IMG/VR virus record: IMGVR_UViG_3300013121_000025
Location: 32,001 to 96,000 of that record
Length of the DNA: 64,000 nt
Direction: 5' to 3' (one strand)
From: a virus
Taxonomy: Duplodnaviria; Caudoviricetes
In this document: positions 48,755-57,314 of the stretch, piece after piece
Layout: each line of letters begins with the position of its first letter
Numbering within the stretch: the first letter of the stretch is position 1
The notes under the pieces: model-generated
Told to the model about the DNA's origin: nothing
Database searches by the model: none
The model's input: only the letters and a program-made list of their open reading frames with translations
Program-made: the position numbers and the translations under genes

Positions 48755-49390
48755 TTAATTTTTCTTGTGAAGACAAGAGGTTATGAATTTTTTAATCTCT
48801 TGCTCAAAGTATTTCTGTGCTGCTTTATCGTCTTTTAATTGTTCTGCTAATGTAATTGCTTTATATCCATGAGCATCATTCATCAAAGATTCATAAATGG
48901 TTGATGGAGTAGCTAATTGAGCACTTGGTGTAGCAACTAAGTCTACTGTAATGAAAGTAAACCCTTCAACAATACCTTGCTCGTTGACACCACCAGCTCC
49001 TCTACTTGAAACACCCATACGAACGCCGCTCTCAATTAATTTGCGAGCAATGTTACCCATCGGAGTGTCAATAATTTTTGCTTTACCAATGGCATTATTT
49101 CCTTCCATACGTAATTCAGTAATTACGTGCGAAATGCGATCAAGGTTAATGGTTAATGTTTGTGGATGATCTAACTCACCAAAAATTCCATTCTGTTCCT
49201 TAATCATTTGATTTGCTGTTTCTACAGCACGAAGCATTTCAGTAAGTGGATATACACGTCCGTTACGATTTTTTGCTTCTGCTTGCATAAAGATACCTGA
49301 TAAGAAACAATTCTTACCATCAACAGCTGCTTCTTGAATAAGATTGCACGCTGTTGGATTTAATGACTCAATGAGAAGTTGTGACTTCAT
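48755..49390 (-). CDS. prohead core protein protease (gp21-like)
   Basis: NRNGRVYP, GELDHP, RISH, GVSSRGAG, VDLVATPS. Confidence 0.95.
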   Translation of the reverse strand: MKSQLLIESLNPTACNLIQEAAVDGKNCFLSGIFMQAEAKNRNGRVYPLTEMLRAVETANQMIKEQNGIFGELDHPQTLTINLDRISHVITELRMEGNNAIGKAKIIDTPMGNIARKLIESGVRMGVSSRGAGGVNEQGIVEGFTFITVDLVATPSAQLATPSTIYESLMNDAHGYKAITLAEQLKDDKAAQKYFEQEIKKFITSCLHKKN

Positions 49391-49393
49391 AAA

Positions 49394-49555
49394 TTACCCC
49401 TGTGTAGGTTTTTCGACCTCAGTATTATTTGTTGGGGAACTGATTATCTCTTTCGATTTATCAGTCATGTAAGTACGAAACATCGCTCGTGCTTCTTCGT
49501 CCTTTTTATTGATAATCGAATCAATAACGTCCAACAATATTTCTTTCTTGTCCAT
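49394..49555 (-). CDS. small prohead core protein (gp67-like), 53 aa
   Basis: Not in the ORF track. MDKKEILLDVIDSIINKKDEEARAMF...; AGGAG RBS; sits between portal and protease as T4 gene 67 does. Confidence 0.7.
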   Translation of the reverse strand: MDKKEILLDVIDSIINKKDEEARAMFRTYMTDKSKEIISSPTNNTEVEKPTQG

Positions 49556-49588
49556 AATGTATTTACTCCTAATGGTTATTTTTATGTA

Positions 49589-51325
49589 TTATTTAGGTGG
49601 TTCTTCAGCTGGAGGTGCTTCTTCTGCTGGCGCTTCTAAGTCTTCTAACCCTTCTTCACCACCTAAATCACCACCCAGATCTTCTAAATCACCACCGCCT
49701 AAAGTCTCATCGCCTGCAGCCATATCAGCACTTAAATCAGGGCCTCCACCAAGGCCACCGCCACCTAATCCGCCGCCACCACCTAATCCACCAAGACCGC
49801 CACCGCCTTCTACAGGTTCTTCAGCTGGTCCATATATCTTCTTGTAGTATTGTGGATCGTTAGCTTTTACTCCACGTTCTTGTGCTAACAAGCGTTCGTT
49901 ACGTAACATCTCATCTTCTTCCATCTGAGCAAATCTCATTAACAAGTAACGTTTTGAGAAGAAACCTTCCATACTTGCTGCAGAAGACAATACAGAAAGA
50001 ATTTGATTATCTGCTTCTTGTTGTTTGTATAATCCGAAGTTAGTTGGTTCTGGTAATGTTAATTCCCATGCTGTTGGATCGAACTTGATACCTAACGTAC
50101 GTAAGAAATTTTTAAATTCAATGTCCATTGCTTTTGATATAGGACGCTGTAATCTCATACAATATGTCGCAAAACGTAATTCTTCAATTGTTGCTTGTCC
50201 TACACGACCATCGTTGAAAATAGGATTTGAGTCTTTTCCAACACTCATATATGATGTAGGAATACGTAATCCACGAAATACTCTATCTTGGAAATACTCG
50301 ATATCTTCTAAGTTAGACAATCCTTGACCACCAGGCAATACTTCTACTTTACTACCTTTACCATCAGAACGCTGTGAGAAGAAGAAATCTTCGTTTGTGC
50401 TGTGTGGATTATATACGCTTTCGATTGCAGCAGTTCCGTCTTTCCCTTGTGTAGGAATTTTCTTTTGACGAATTTCGTTCTTAACTTGCTCAAGATATTG
50501 TTTTGTACGATGTGGAGGCATCTTACCCACATCAATGTAGAATACACGACGTTCAGGTGCACGAACGATACGATAAATGATAATCGCTTGTTCTAATAAT
50601 TCTTTTTGTTTGTATGCTCTATATACAGGCTTTAATACTGACTCACCGAACGGAGCAACATCTGACATGGAATCACAAAGAGAAATATGAATAATTTCTG
50701 CTGTGCTTCTTGTTTCTGTCGAGTATTCATGACCAGATAATGTATAACCACCAGTTGTATTATTAGCTCTCTTGGTATCATCTCTTACTAACCATCCAGC
50801 AATATCAGTGATATCATCTTCATTAACGATAGCACCTGTTACTAATTTTGGTGGTATATGAATCCATTCTTTTGTGTCACCACGTTTTTTGTCAAAATAG
50901 CAATCACCATATTTGATTAATGTGCGAGCTAAGTTGAATAATCTGGAATCTAAATCTTGAATTTCTACCCAATAACGTAGGGCAGCAGCAATTGTTTCAT
51001 GTTGAGAAAAACGAATATTTGTTTCTACATCTTTAAATTTTATCTTGAATGGTAATCCAGACTTCTGATCACGCTGTGTCATTTCTTCTGCAATTGTGTC
51101 TAATGCACGAGCAACATCGACATCATCATCCATCATATCATATTCACGATATTTGGTAATTCTTGTGGATGATCCTTGAACTAAACGTTGATACCATGAG
51201 TGAGAAGAAAATAACGCACCACCACTTACGTCTTGACTATCGACAATAGCCTTAGTGTCAGGAGTAGGATTGATGATTTTGTAAAAACGTTCAAGTTTAT
51301 TTGTGGCCATATAAGGATATCTCAT
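49589..51325 (-). CDS. portal protein (gp20-like) with Gly/acidic C-terminal tail
   Basis: IIYRIVRAPERRVFYIDVGKMP, EDFFF, VEVLPGG, GLRIPTSY; alternative start at 51310. Confidence 0.95.
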   Translation of the reverse strand: MRYPYMATNKLERFYKIINPTPDTKAIVDSQDVSGGALFSSHSWYQRLVQGSSTRITKYREYDMMDDDVDVARALDTIAEEMTQRDQKSGLPFKIKFKDVETNIRFSQHETIAAALRYWVEIQDLDSRLFNLARTLIKYGDCYFDKKRGDTKEWIHIPPKLVTGAIVNEDDITDIAGWLVRDDTKRANNTTGGYTLSGHEYSTETRSTAEIIHISLCDSMSDVAPFGESVLKPVYRAYKQKELLEQAIIIYRIVRAPERRVFYIDVGKMPPHRTKQYLEQVKNEIRQKKIPTQGKDGTAAIESVYNPHSTNEDFFFSQRSDGKGSKVEVLPGGQGLSNLEDIEYFQDRVFRGLRIPTSYMSVGKDSNPIFNDGRVGQATIEELRFATYCMRLQRPISKAMDIEFKNFLRTLGIKFDPTAWELTLPEPTNFGLYKQQEADNQILSVLSSAASMEGFFSKRYLLMRFAQMEEDEMLRNERLLAQERGVKANDPQYYKKIYGPAEEPVEGGGGLGGLGGGGGLGGGGLGGGPDLSADMAAGDETLGGGDLEDLGGDLGGEEGLEDLEAPAEEAPPAEEPPK

Positions 51326-51354
51326 TTATAGATGATAATATCCTTATTTAGTCT

Positions 51355-53706
51355 TTATGAAAGGTAGGTTCTCACTGTATCGTCTTTAGGACGATTTCTG
51401 CGTAATTTACTTGCAACATCCTTATTTGTTTCGGCCATTGCGACAGTATATTCGTTATTAGCAGTAATTAATGCAACAAGTTTTTTCGTTTCGTTAAGTA
51501 ATTCTTCAAGATTTGTTAATTGATCACTGCCCTTAAATGTTACTTCCGAAGGACCTTTGTCTTTTTCACTTTCCTTTTCTTTTTCAACTTGCTTCATTGC
51601 TTCGCGTTGAATCTTAATTTCTTCAATTTGCTTCGAAGGAGAGGTAGGAGCTAAGCCTCGTTTAGCAAGAGCTTCATCAGCTTGTCGCTTGAGCATTGCA
51701 CGATATTGTTCAGCTTCTTTATTTAACTGTTTTTGTTTTTCTTCTTCTGCCTTTGCTGCATCAGTACCTGGTTTCCCTAATAATCCTGTTGCTCCTTCGT
51801 ATATTTTACCACCAAGCCAATAACTACCAGCAGCAACAGCAGCGACTTTTGCAACAGGATTTAAGATACCTATCAATCTTGAAAAGAATCCACCCGATCC
51901 AGAGAACATTGATCCGAGGTTTTTAAACCATCCAGCCATGTTTGAGAATCCGTTAACAATGGCTGTTCTTAATGCAGTAAACCATCCACCTACTTTTTGA
52001 CTAATTCTTGCCCAAAGACCTGGACCAGTAGAACCTGCAGCAGATCCTGAAGATCCAAACAATCCTTTCACTTTACCAAATAACTTGACTGAGAGTAATG
52101 CTGCTGCTAATGCACCTAACACTTTAACTAAGCCCAATCCTGTAAATGACATAAATGAGTTTTTGATTTCTAGTAACACGCTTAATATGTTACCCATTAT
52201 TACCTGACTATTCTCTAATACTTTTGTATTAACACCCATCTTTTCAACTAATACGTTATTAGCCACTTGTATTTGATTGATAAGTCCGTCAGATTTATCA
52301 TTCATTGTATCGATTGCTAATTCGAATTGTGGACCCATTCCTCTCATAGTTTCGAAACGCTTACTAGCTTCACCCATAAGATCACTCATTTGTTTTGTCT
52401 CTTTTTCGTTCTTTCCAACTTTACGCATTAGTGCACCTAATTCTGCACCTTTAGAAGACATTCCAACAATGCCCATCATGGCTTGCATTTTAAGAGATTT
52501 TTTCAAACGTTCTTTATATGTTTCTCCACTTATTTGTTTAATGAATCCTGTAACAGCTTGCGCTTGTTCTTTTGTCATCTTTTTAGTAGTCATTAAATAT
52601 GCTTCATTTGCCAAAGTATTAGCAACATATTGTTGACGTTGTATTGGATTTAAACGTAACATTAAACTTCTATGTTCAGAATCATTAGCTATCTGCTCTG
52701 CCATTTGTGCAAATTCTTCAGCAGTAACCCCTAATTGCGTTCTTAATAAATTTAACGTTCTTGTTAGTCCTCCGTTTACCAATTTATTAGCAGCGGTTAC
52801 GCTCGATCCAGTACTAGCAATTGCTCTTGTTAACGCAGCTTGAGCCTTTTTTGCGGCAATAGGATCAACTTCAATTCCTGCTTTTGCCCATTCACGTGCA
52901 CCTTCATTCAACATAGTCACAAATTCATCCATGCCACCTCGTAACCCATGAGCGGTTGTCATATATTCTTTTTGTAACGCAACAGTATCTTCAAACGACA
53001 TACCCAATCTTACAGATTGAATATACAAATCAAAGAATCCCATATTATGTCTATTTGCTAAAATCAATTCATCAGAAGACTTTTTAACAGCACTTATGAA
53101 ATACTCCCACGTGGCCATAGATTGAATTGTTTTCTTAGCAAAATCACCTATTGCGTTCTTTGCATCGTGGCCTCTTCTACGAAGATGTTCGAACATAGTA
53201 TTAGTACGCATGAACTGGTTATCTAATTCTTTTAATTTTAAAATGATAGCATCACGTTCTTCTAACGATGCTTGTTTTAATTTTTCTTGCAGTTCTTGAC
53301 GGACACGATTGTATTCACGTTCAGTTTGAATGTTACTATAACGATAATCAATTTCTTTTTTATATGCTTCTACTAATTGCTTACTTGTCATGTTAGCTTT
53401 ACGACGATCGATCATATCACGATAACGATCAGCAACTTCTTGTCTATGTTGTTCTTGCTTCTTTTTATTACTAAGTGTTTCTAATCTTGATCTTACAGAC
53501 AATAAAGAGTTTAATTCCTTTTCACGAGATTGTCTATGTGCATCGATTTTTTGTTTAAATTTAGCAGCTTCGACCTGATTCTTGGCAACTTTAAGATAAG
53601 CTACCATGGAATCTTCCATAACTTTAGACACGTCTTCGATAACGTGTGTGTTTAATTTAATTTCTTGTGCAAGTTTTGCGACGGTAAGGTTATCAAGATT
53701 GGCCAT
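51355..53706 (-). CDS. putative tape measure protein
   Basis: 783 aa, almost all helical and A/K/Q/M-rich, with a hydrophobic G-rich segment; downstream of the gp26/51-like chaperone pair. Confidence 0.55.
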   Translation of the reverse strand: MANLDNLTVAKLAQEIKLNTHVIEDVSKVMEDSMVAYLKVAKNQVEAAKFKQKIDAHRQSREKELNSLLSVRSRLETLSNKKKQEQHRQEVADRYRDMIDRRKANMTSKQLVEAYKKEIDYRYSNIQTEREYNRVRQELQEKLKQASLEERDAIILKLKELDNQFMRTNTMFEHLRRRGHDAKNAIGDFAKKTIQSMATWEYFISAVKKSSDELILANRHNMGFFDLYIQSVRLGMSFEDTVALQKEYMTTAHGLRGGMDEFVTMLNEGAREWAKAGIEVDPIAAKKAQAALTRAIASTGSSVTAANKLVNGGLTRTLNLLRTQLGVTAEEFAQMAEQIANDSEHRSLMLRLNPIQRQQYVANTLANEAYLMTTKKMTKEQAQAVTGFIKQISGETYKERLKKSLKMQAMMGIVGMSSKGAELGALMRKVGKNEKETKQMSDLMGEASKRFETMRGMGPQFELAIDTMNDKSDGLINQIQVANNVLVEKMGVNTKVLENSQVIMGNILSVLLEIKNSFMSFTGLGLVKVLGALAAALLSVKLFGKVKGLFGSSGSAAGSTGPGLWARISQKVGGWFTALRTAIVNGFSNMAGWFKNLGSMFSGSGGFFSRLIGILNPVAKVAAVAAGSYWLGGKIYEGATGLLGKPGTDAAKAEEEKQKQLNKEAEQYRAMLKRQADEALAKRGLAPTSPSKQIEEIKIQREAMKQVEKEKESEKDKGPSEVTFKGSDQLTNLEELLNETKKLVALITANNEYTVAMAETNKDVASKLRRNRPKDDTVRTYLS

Positions 53707-53709
53707 ACA

Positions 53710-53892
53710 TTATCCTACAATTTTCTTCACTCTACGAGCAGGAATACGTTTCTTATTGTCAATTTCATATACAATAAGATCTGATACTCGCTCAACATTA
53801 GTAATCATTCCTTCTGATATAGTACCACTGCAACCACAAACGCTGCTATCATAAATGATTCTAGTACCTACTGATAAAGGATGATTAATCAT
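53710..53892 (-). CDS. small SH3/KOW-like hypothetical protein (60 aa)
   Basis: ATG at 53892 overlapping the upstream stop (ATGATTAA); the longer start in the ORF track overlaps the protease gene. Confidence 0.55.
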   Translation of the reverse strand: MINHPLSVGTRIIYDSSVCGCSGTISEGMITNVERVSDLIVYEIDNKKRIPARRVKKIVG

Positions 53893-54706
53893 TGAAGTAT
53901 TTCTCCACAATTTCCTTAATCCACTCAAGTTCGACTTCATCAGATTCTTGTAAAGGATCAACAAGAAATTTACCCTTCTCAAAGAAACTGTGACCAAGTA
54001 ATATCTTATGTGGCATATCGCCTCTATCATTTAAATTAAATTCAACATCCTGGAATTCACCTTGTTCACATTTAACGTTGAGTTTAATAACAGGACGTTT
54101 ATCAACACCATTGTCAGCTGTTTGAATGTCTGATGTGGACGTTTGGTTCATAGTAATACGTTTACCATCAAAAACAAATGATACAGATTCCCCTGATGCT
54201 TTTATTTGTTCAGCGTGTAAACAACTCTGACCGGCCCCTGTATCTACCTTAGCTTCATATGTATTGTTTCCTAGTTGTGGAAACTGAATGTCAAGTGTTT
54301 TCCCGATAACATGTTGTTCAGATTCTTGAATTCTGATTAAATTGCTTACTCTATTACGAGCAATACTTACGCATTTTGCTGGAATTAATGATAAACCATT
54401 AGTTTTCCATCCGAAAACTAATAAGGTGTTCGGGGTTTCAAATGAATCTTCGATATTATTATTCGAAGAACGGTGAAGATCCTTAACGCTTCCTACCTTA
54501 AGATCGTATGCAACCCACGTAATTTGTTTCTTTTCTTCAAGTTGTTTAAAGTTTAACAAATTGAAAGAGCTGCCCTGCTCTCCTGAATTGAAATACTTGT
54601 AGATAAATTGCTCATTAATAGCAATTTCATCAGGCATTGCATCAAATTCTTGGTTTACAAAGGCTGTATTCAATGCTGAAATGCTTGGATATTGAAGAAT
54701 TTTCAT
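53885..54706 (-). CDS. retropepsin-like aspartic peptidase (RimK-associated 'ATP-dependent zinc protease' family)
   Basis: AKVDTGAGQSCLHA, RPVIK, FNLNDRGDMPHKILLG; ATG at 54706 with AGGA RBS. Confidence 0.8.
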   Translation of the reverse strand: MKILQYPSISALNTAFVNQEFDAMPDEIAINEQFIYKYFNSGEQGSSFNLLNFKQLEEKKQITWVAYDLKVGSVKDLHRSSNNNIEDSFETPNTLLVFGWKTNGLSLIPAKCVSIARNRVSNLIRIQESEQHVIGKTLDIQFPQLGNNTYEAKVDTGAGQSCLHAEQIKASGESVSFVFDGKRITMNQTSTSDIQTADNGVDKRPVIKLNVKCEQGEFQDVEFNLNDRGDMPHKILLGHSFFEKGKFLVDPLQESDEVELEWIKEIVEKYFND

Positions 54707-54740
54707 TGTGTTTCCTATCAATCATACATTATTTATGGTA

Positions 54741-54977
54741 TTAGTATATTGGAACCATAGCATCTTTCTGACTCTTAATACGCTCATTAATGAAATCGAA
54801 CATCTTCATTCTTTCTAATGGAGCCAAGTCAAATGTTGCATCATATTGTACAGCACCTCTCATGTAATAGGACAACTCGATTAATTGTTCTATTAGATTG
54901 TTTGCTGATTTTTGTAAATCCTGAAACAACTGCTTAATGTCAGCTGGTGTACCGTGTCTCAGGATTAGATAAAAAAA
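54741..54977 (-). CDS. gp51-like baseplate/tail assembly chaperone C-terminal module, probably reached by -1 frameshift
   Basis: LSYYMRGAVQYD...LAPLER motif. The frame is open back to the T7 slippery run with no ATG in its first 49 codons; the only alternative is a TTG at 54929. Confidence 0.6.
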   Translation of the reverse strand, partial: FFYLILRHGTPADIKQLFQDLQKSANNLIEQLIELSYYMRGAVQYDATFDLAPLERMKMFDFINERIKSQKDAMVPIY

Positions 54978-55804
54978 GTTAATGGGTTAGCATTTACATT
55001 AAGCTCAATCTCAGTATCACAATCTTTACATTTTGTTTTATGAGTATGTGTCAAACCCCAGTTACTAATTTCTTCTATCCTTTTACTAATTTCTTCTATC
55101 CACATTACAGGAATAGCGCTTAACCATTCTGCTATTGATCCTATATCAGTAATACCATCAACATCGCTGATTGAGAAAATAAACACAGCAAATAAGTTTC
55201 TACGACGTTCGTCTTCTGTTGTTTCTTTATCCATATGTTGAATAATGTCAATAGCGTGTTTAGCTTTCAATGGACGAAGATTCACTTTATATGATGAATC
55301 CCCTTCACCAACCACTACACTATACTTACTAGCAAGAGTAGTAGGATCAATTTTCTTACATGCTGCAAGAATAGGAGTTAATGACACATCATACTTGTGT
55401 TCTTTAGCGTTTTCACAATCGTGTGTATTATAGATAGTATATGTATCACCGTAAGAAATTTTTGTAAGAGCCAACATGATATAATCTAAATCACGTGAGA
55501 ATAAATCTAAAGGCTTCTCAACACCTGGTACACATCGTCTGATAACACGTTCAATTGCTCTACCATCTAACAACAAATCTGGAGATTTTAAATCCAATTC
55601 GTCATTAGCAGTAAATGTGTACATTTCCAATTCGCCGTTTTTAACGGTTGATGATAATTCACCATTTTTATATAAAAGTCCACAGGAAGGGATACGATGA
55701 ACTTCGGGCGGAATTCGTTTAAGTTTGTTAAGTAGGATGTTTGCTTGAGGAGTTACTGATGGTGTTTCTAATTGTTCTACAAGTTTTTGTGTTTCGTCTG
55801 TCAT
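54965..55804 (-). CDS. baseplate hub assembly/tail assembly chaperone (gp26-like)
   Basis: IPSCGLLY, TANDEL..KSPDLLLDG, DLDYIMLAL..ISYG, CKDC, ends NPLTFFI. Confidence 0.75.
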   Translation of the reverse strand: MTDETQKLVEQLETPSVTPQANILLNKLKRIPPEVHRIPSCGLLYKNGELSSTVKNGELEMYTFTANDELDLKSPDLLLDGRAIERVIRRCVPGVEKPLDLFSRDLDYIMLALTKISYGDTYTIYNTHDCENAKEHKYDVSLTPILAACKKIDPTTLASKYSVVVGEGDSSYKVNLRPLKAKHAIDIIQHMDKETTEDERRRNLFAVFIFSISDVDGITDIGSIAEWLSAIPVMWIEEISKRIEEISNWGLTHTHKTKCKDCDTEIELNVNANPLTFFI

Positions 55805-55857
55805 ATAATATACCTATATTTGTAAGTATATTTATATCACAGATTACTTAAGAAATT

Positions 55858-56583
55858 TCACGCTAAATACCACATAGAAAGAATATGTGCAATATCTTTT
55901 GCAGGAATCTCACCTGTTCTTAACAGATTGGCACGTTTAGCCAACATTTGTCTACGATATTTTACACCAATGTTGTTTTCGAGAGGACGTCTAAAAAACG
56001 ATGATGCGAATTGTTGTATTTTTGAGACATCAGAGCTTGTATAATTAATCGTTTCACGTGGAATATATAAAAAATTATCAGAACCAAATACCTTAGCGAT
56101 TTCAGCCAACCTCGTTGGCATATCCTCATATACTGATGAAATGAATTGTGGATCTAATGAACGTGGTTCTATTTCTGTACGTTTTTTAGCCAACTGTTGG
56201 GAGGTTTCTTCATCCACGTGGGTGTAAACTAATGCTACATCATAACCAAGGGATTGTAATAAAGTCACACGACGTTCGAAGTTATTTTTTGCGTCAGCAG
56301 TTGTTTCGAATATAATTGGATTACCATTTATAACATGGCTGAATAAAAATCGCTCAACTTCGTTTTTGATATTATTAAAAATATGTTGTTCGTGTTTATT
56401 AACATCACCTTCTAATCCCAATCTACGTGTTTCAGAATGTCTCATGTTATCAGTGTTTAAATAACCATGATTTGCAGGAACTGCTATCATATCATATAAC
56501 GAAGATTTACCACTCGCTGGAGGACCAGCTAAAATCAAGGCTTTAAAAGAGACAGGTGGAAAGGCTATTTCATTAAGTAACAT
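55858..56583 (-). CDS. zeta-toxin-like P-loop kinase
   Basis: LILAGPPASGKS, LNTDN, IIFETT, LGYDVALVY, KRTEIEPRSL. Confidence 0.7.
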   Translation of the reverse strand: MLLNEIAFPPVSFKALILAGPPASGKSSLYDMIAVPANHGYLNTDNMRHSETRRLGLEGDVNKHEQHIFNNIKNEVERFLFSHVINGNPIIFETTADAKNNFERRVTLLQSLGYDVALVYTHVDEETSQQLAKKRTEIEPRSLDPQFISSVYEDMPTRLAEIAKVFGSDNFLYIPRETINYTSSDVSKIQQFASSFFRRPLENNIGVKYRRQMLAKRANLLRTGEIPAKDIAHILSMWYLA

Positions 56584-56585
56584 AG

Positions 56586-57287
56586 TTAGAATTTCATAAT
56601 ATCGTATTTATTAGAGTTTAAAAGATAATAATGTGAACAGTCAATAAACATAAACTCTGTCGGACGACTAGAGGTTTTAAACGTGCTTACATCTGCTTTT
56701 GTTAAGTTTTTAATATAGTTCATAGTTTCATCGAATTGATTTTTAATAATACGTTTACGATGAATGGAATCAATCGGTGTTCCTCGTTTACTATTCAACT
56801 CAAATGAATATTCTGATTCTTTCTCAAATTGCTTGAATACTTGCTCTTCATCATAACCTTGTGCTATATAATGTGCAATAGTAGGTTGTACAACAATAGA
56901 ATCCATGACTTCTGGAGAATATATTACTTTACTGTTATTAGTGGGAATAAAATAATAAACCATTCCATATACAGTCGCACCTTCGACATCATCTAAAGCA
57001 AAAGCTGCTCTATCACGAACGTTTTTGTGTCCTGTTTTAAATTGAATAATTTCATTTAATGTTTGATGTTTAAACTCAGAAGAATTACGTGGCTTTCGTT
57101 TAGTATTGACAGGCATTTTAAGAACATCATATCTTTTTTGTATGCCTCTATATAATGGTTGTATATCTTTATTCTTCACTCTCTCAAGATATATGGAGCA
57201 TTCTTTCTTGATTTCATCAAAATCTGTAAATTCAACAGTTTTTTCACGAACAGAAGAATGGTTGGCTATTAAGTCTAATAATTTCAT
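56586..57287 (-). CDS. hypothetical protein with possible ADP-ribosyltransferase-like fold
   Basis: PLYRGI, A..YG.VY..IP and a distal TEFMF glutamate; late promoter at 57309-57315. Confidence 0.4.
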   Translation of the reverse strand: MKLLDLIANHSSVREKTVEFTDFDEIKKECSIYLERVKNKDIQPLYRGIQKRYDVLKMPVNTKRKPRNSSEFKHQTLNEIIQFKTGHKNVRDRAAFALDDVEGATVYGMVYYFIPTNNSKVIYSPEVMDSIVVQPTIAHYIAQGYDEEQVFKQFEKESEYSFELNSKRGTPIDSIHRKRIIKNQFDETMNYIKNLTKADVSTFKTSSRPTEFMFIDCSHYYLLNSNKYDIMKF

Positions 57288-57314
57288 GATAATTACACAT
57301 TTATAGTGTATTTA

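Noticed and set aside
49589-49830. GC-rich CCACC/CCGCC tract as a regulatory repeat or separate Pro-rich gene
   Set aside because: It is explained by the Gly-rich acidic C-terminal tail of the portal protein.
53893-54030. 106-aa version of the ORF ending at 53710
   Set aside because: The N-terminal 46 codons overlap the protease gene out of frame; the ATG at 53892, coupled to the protease stop, is more plausible.
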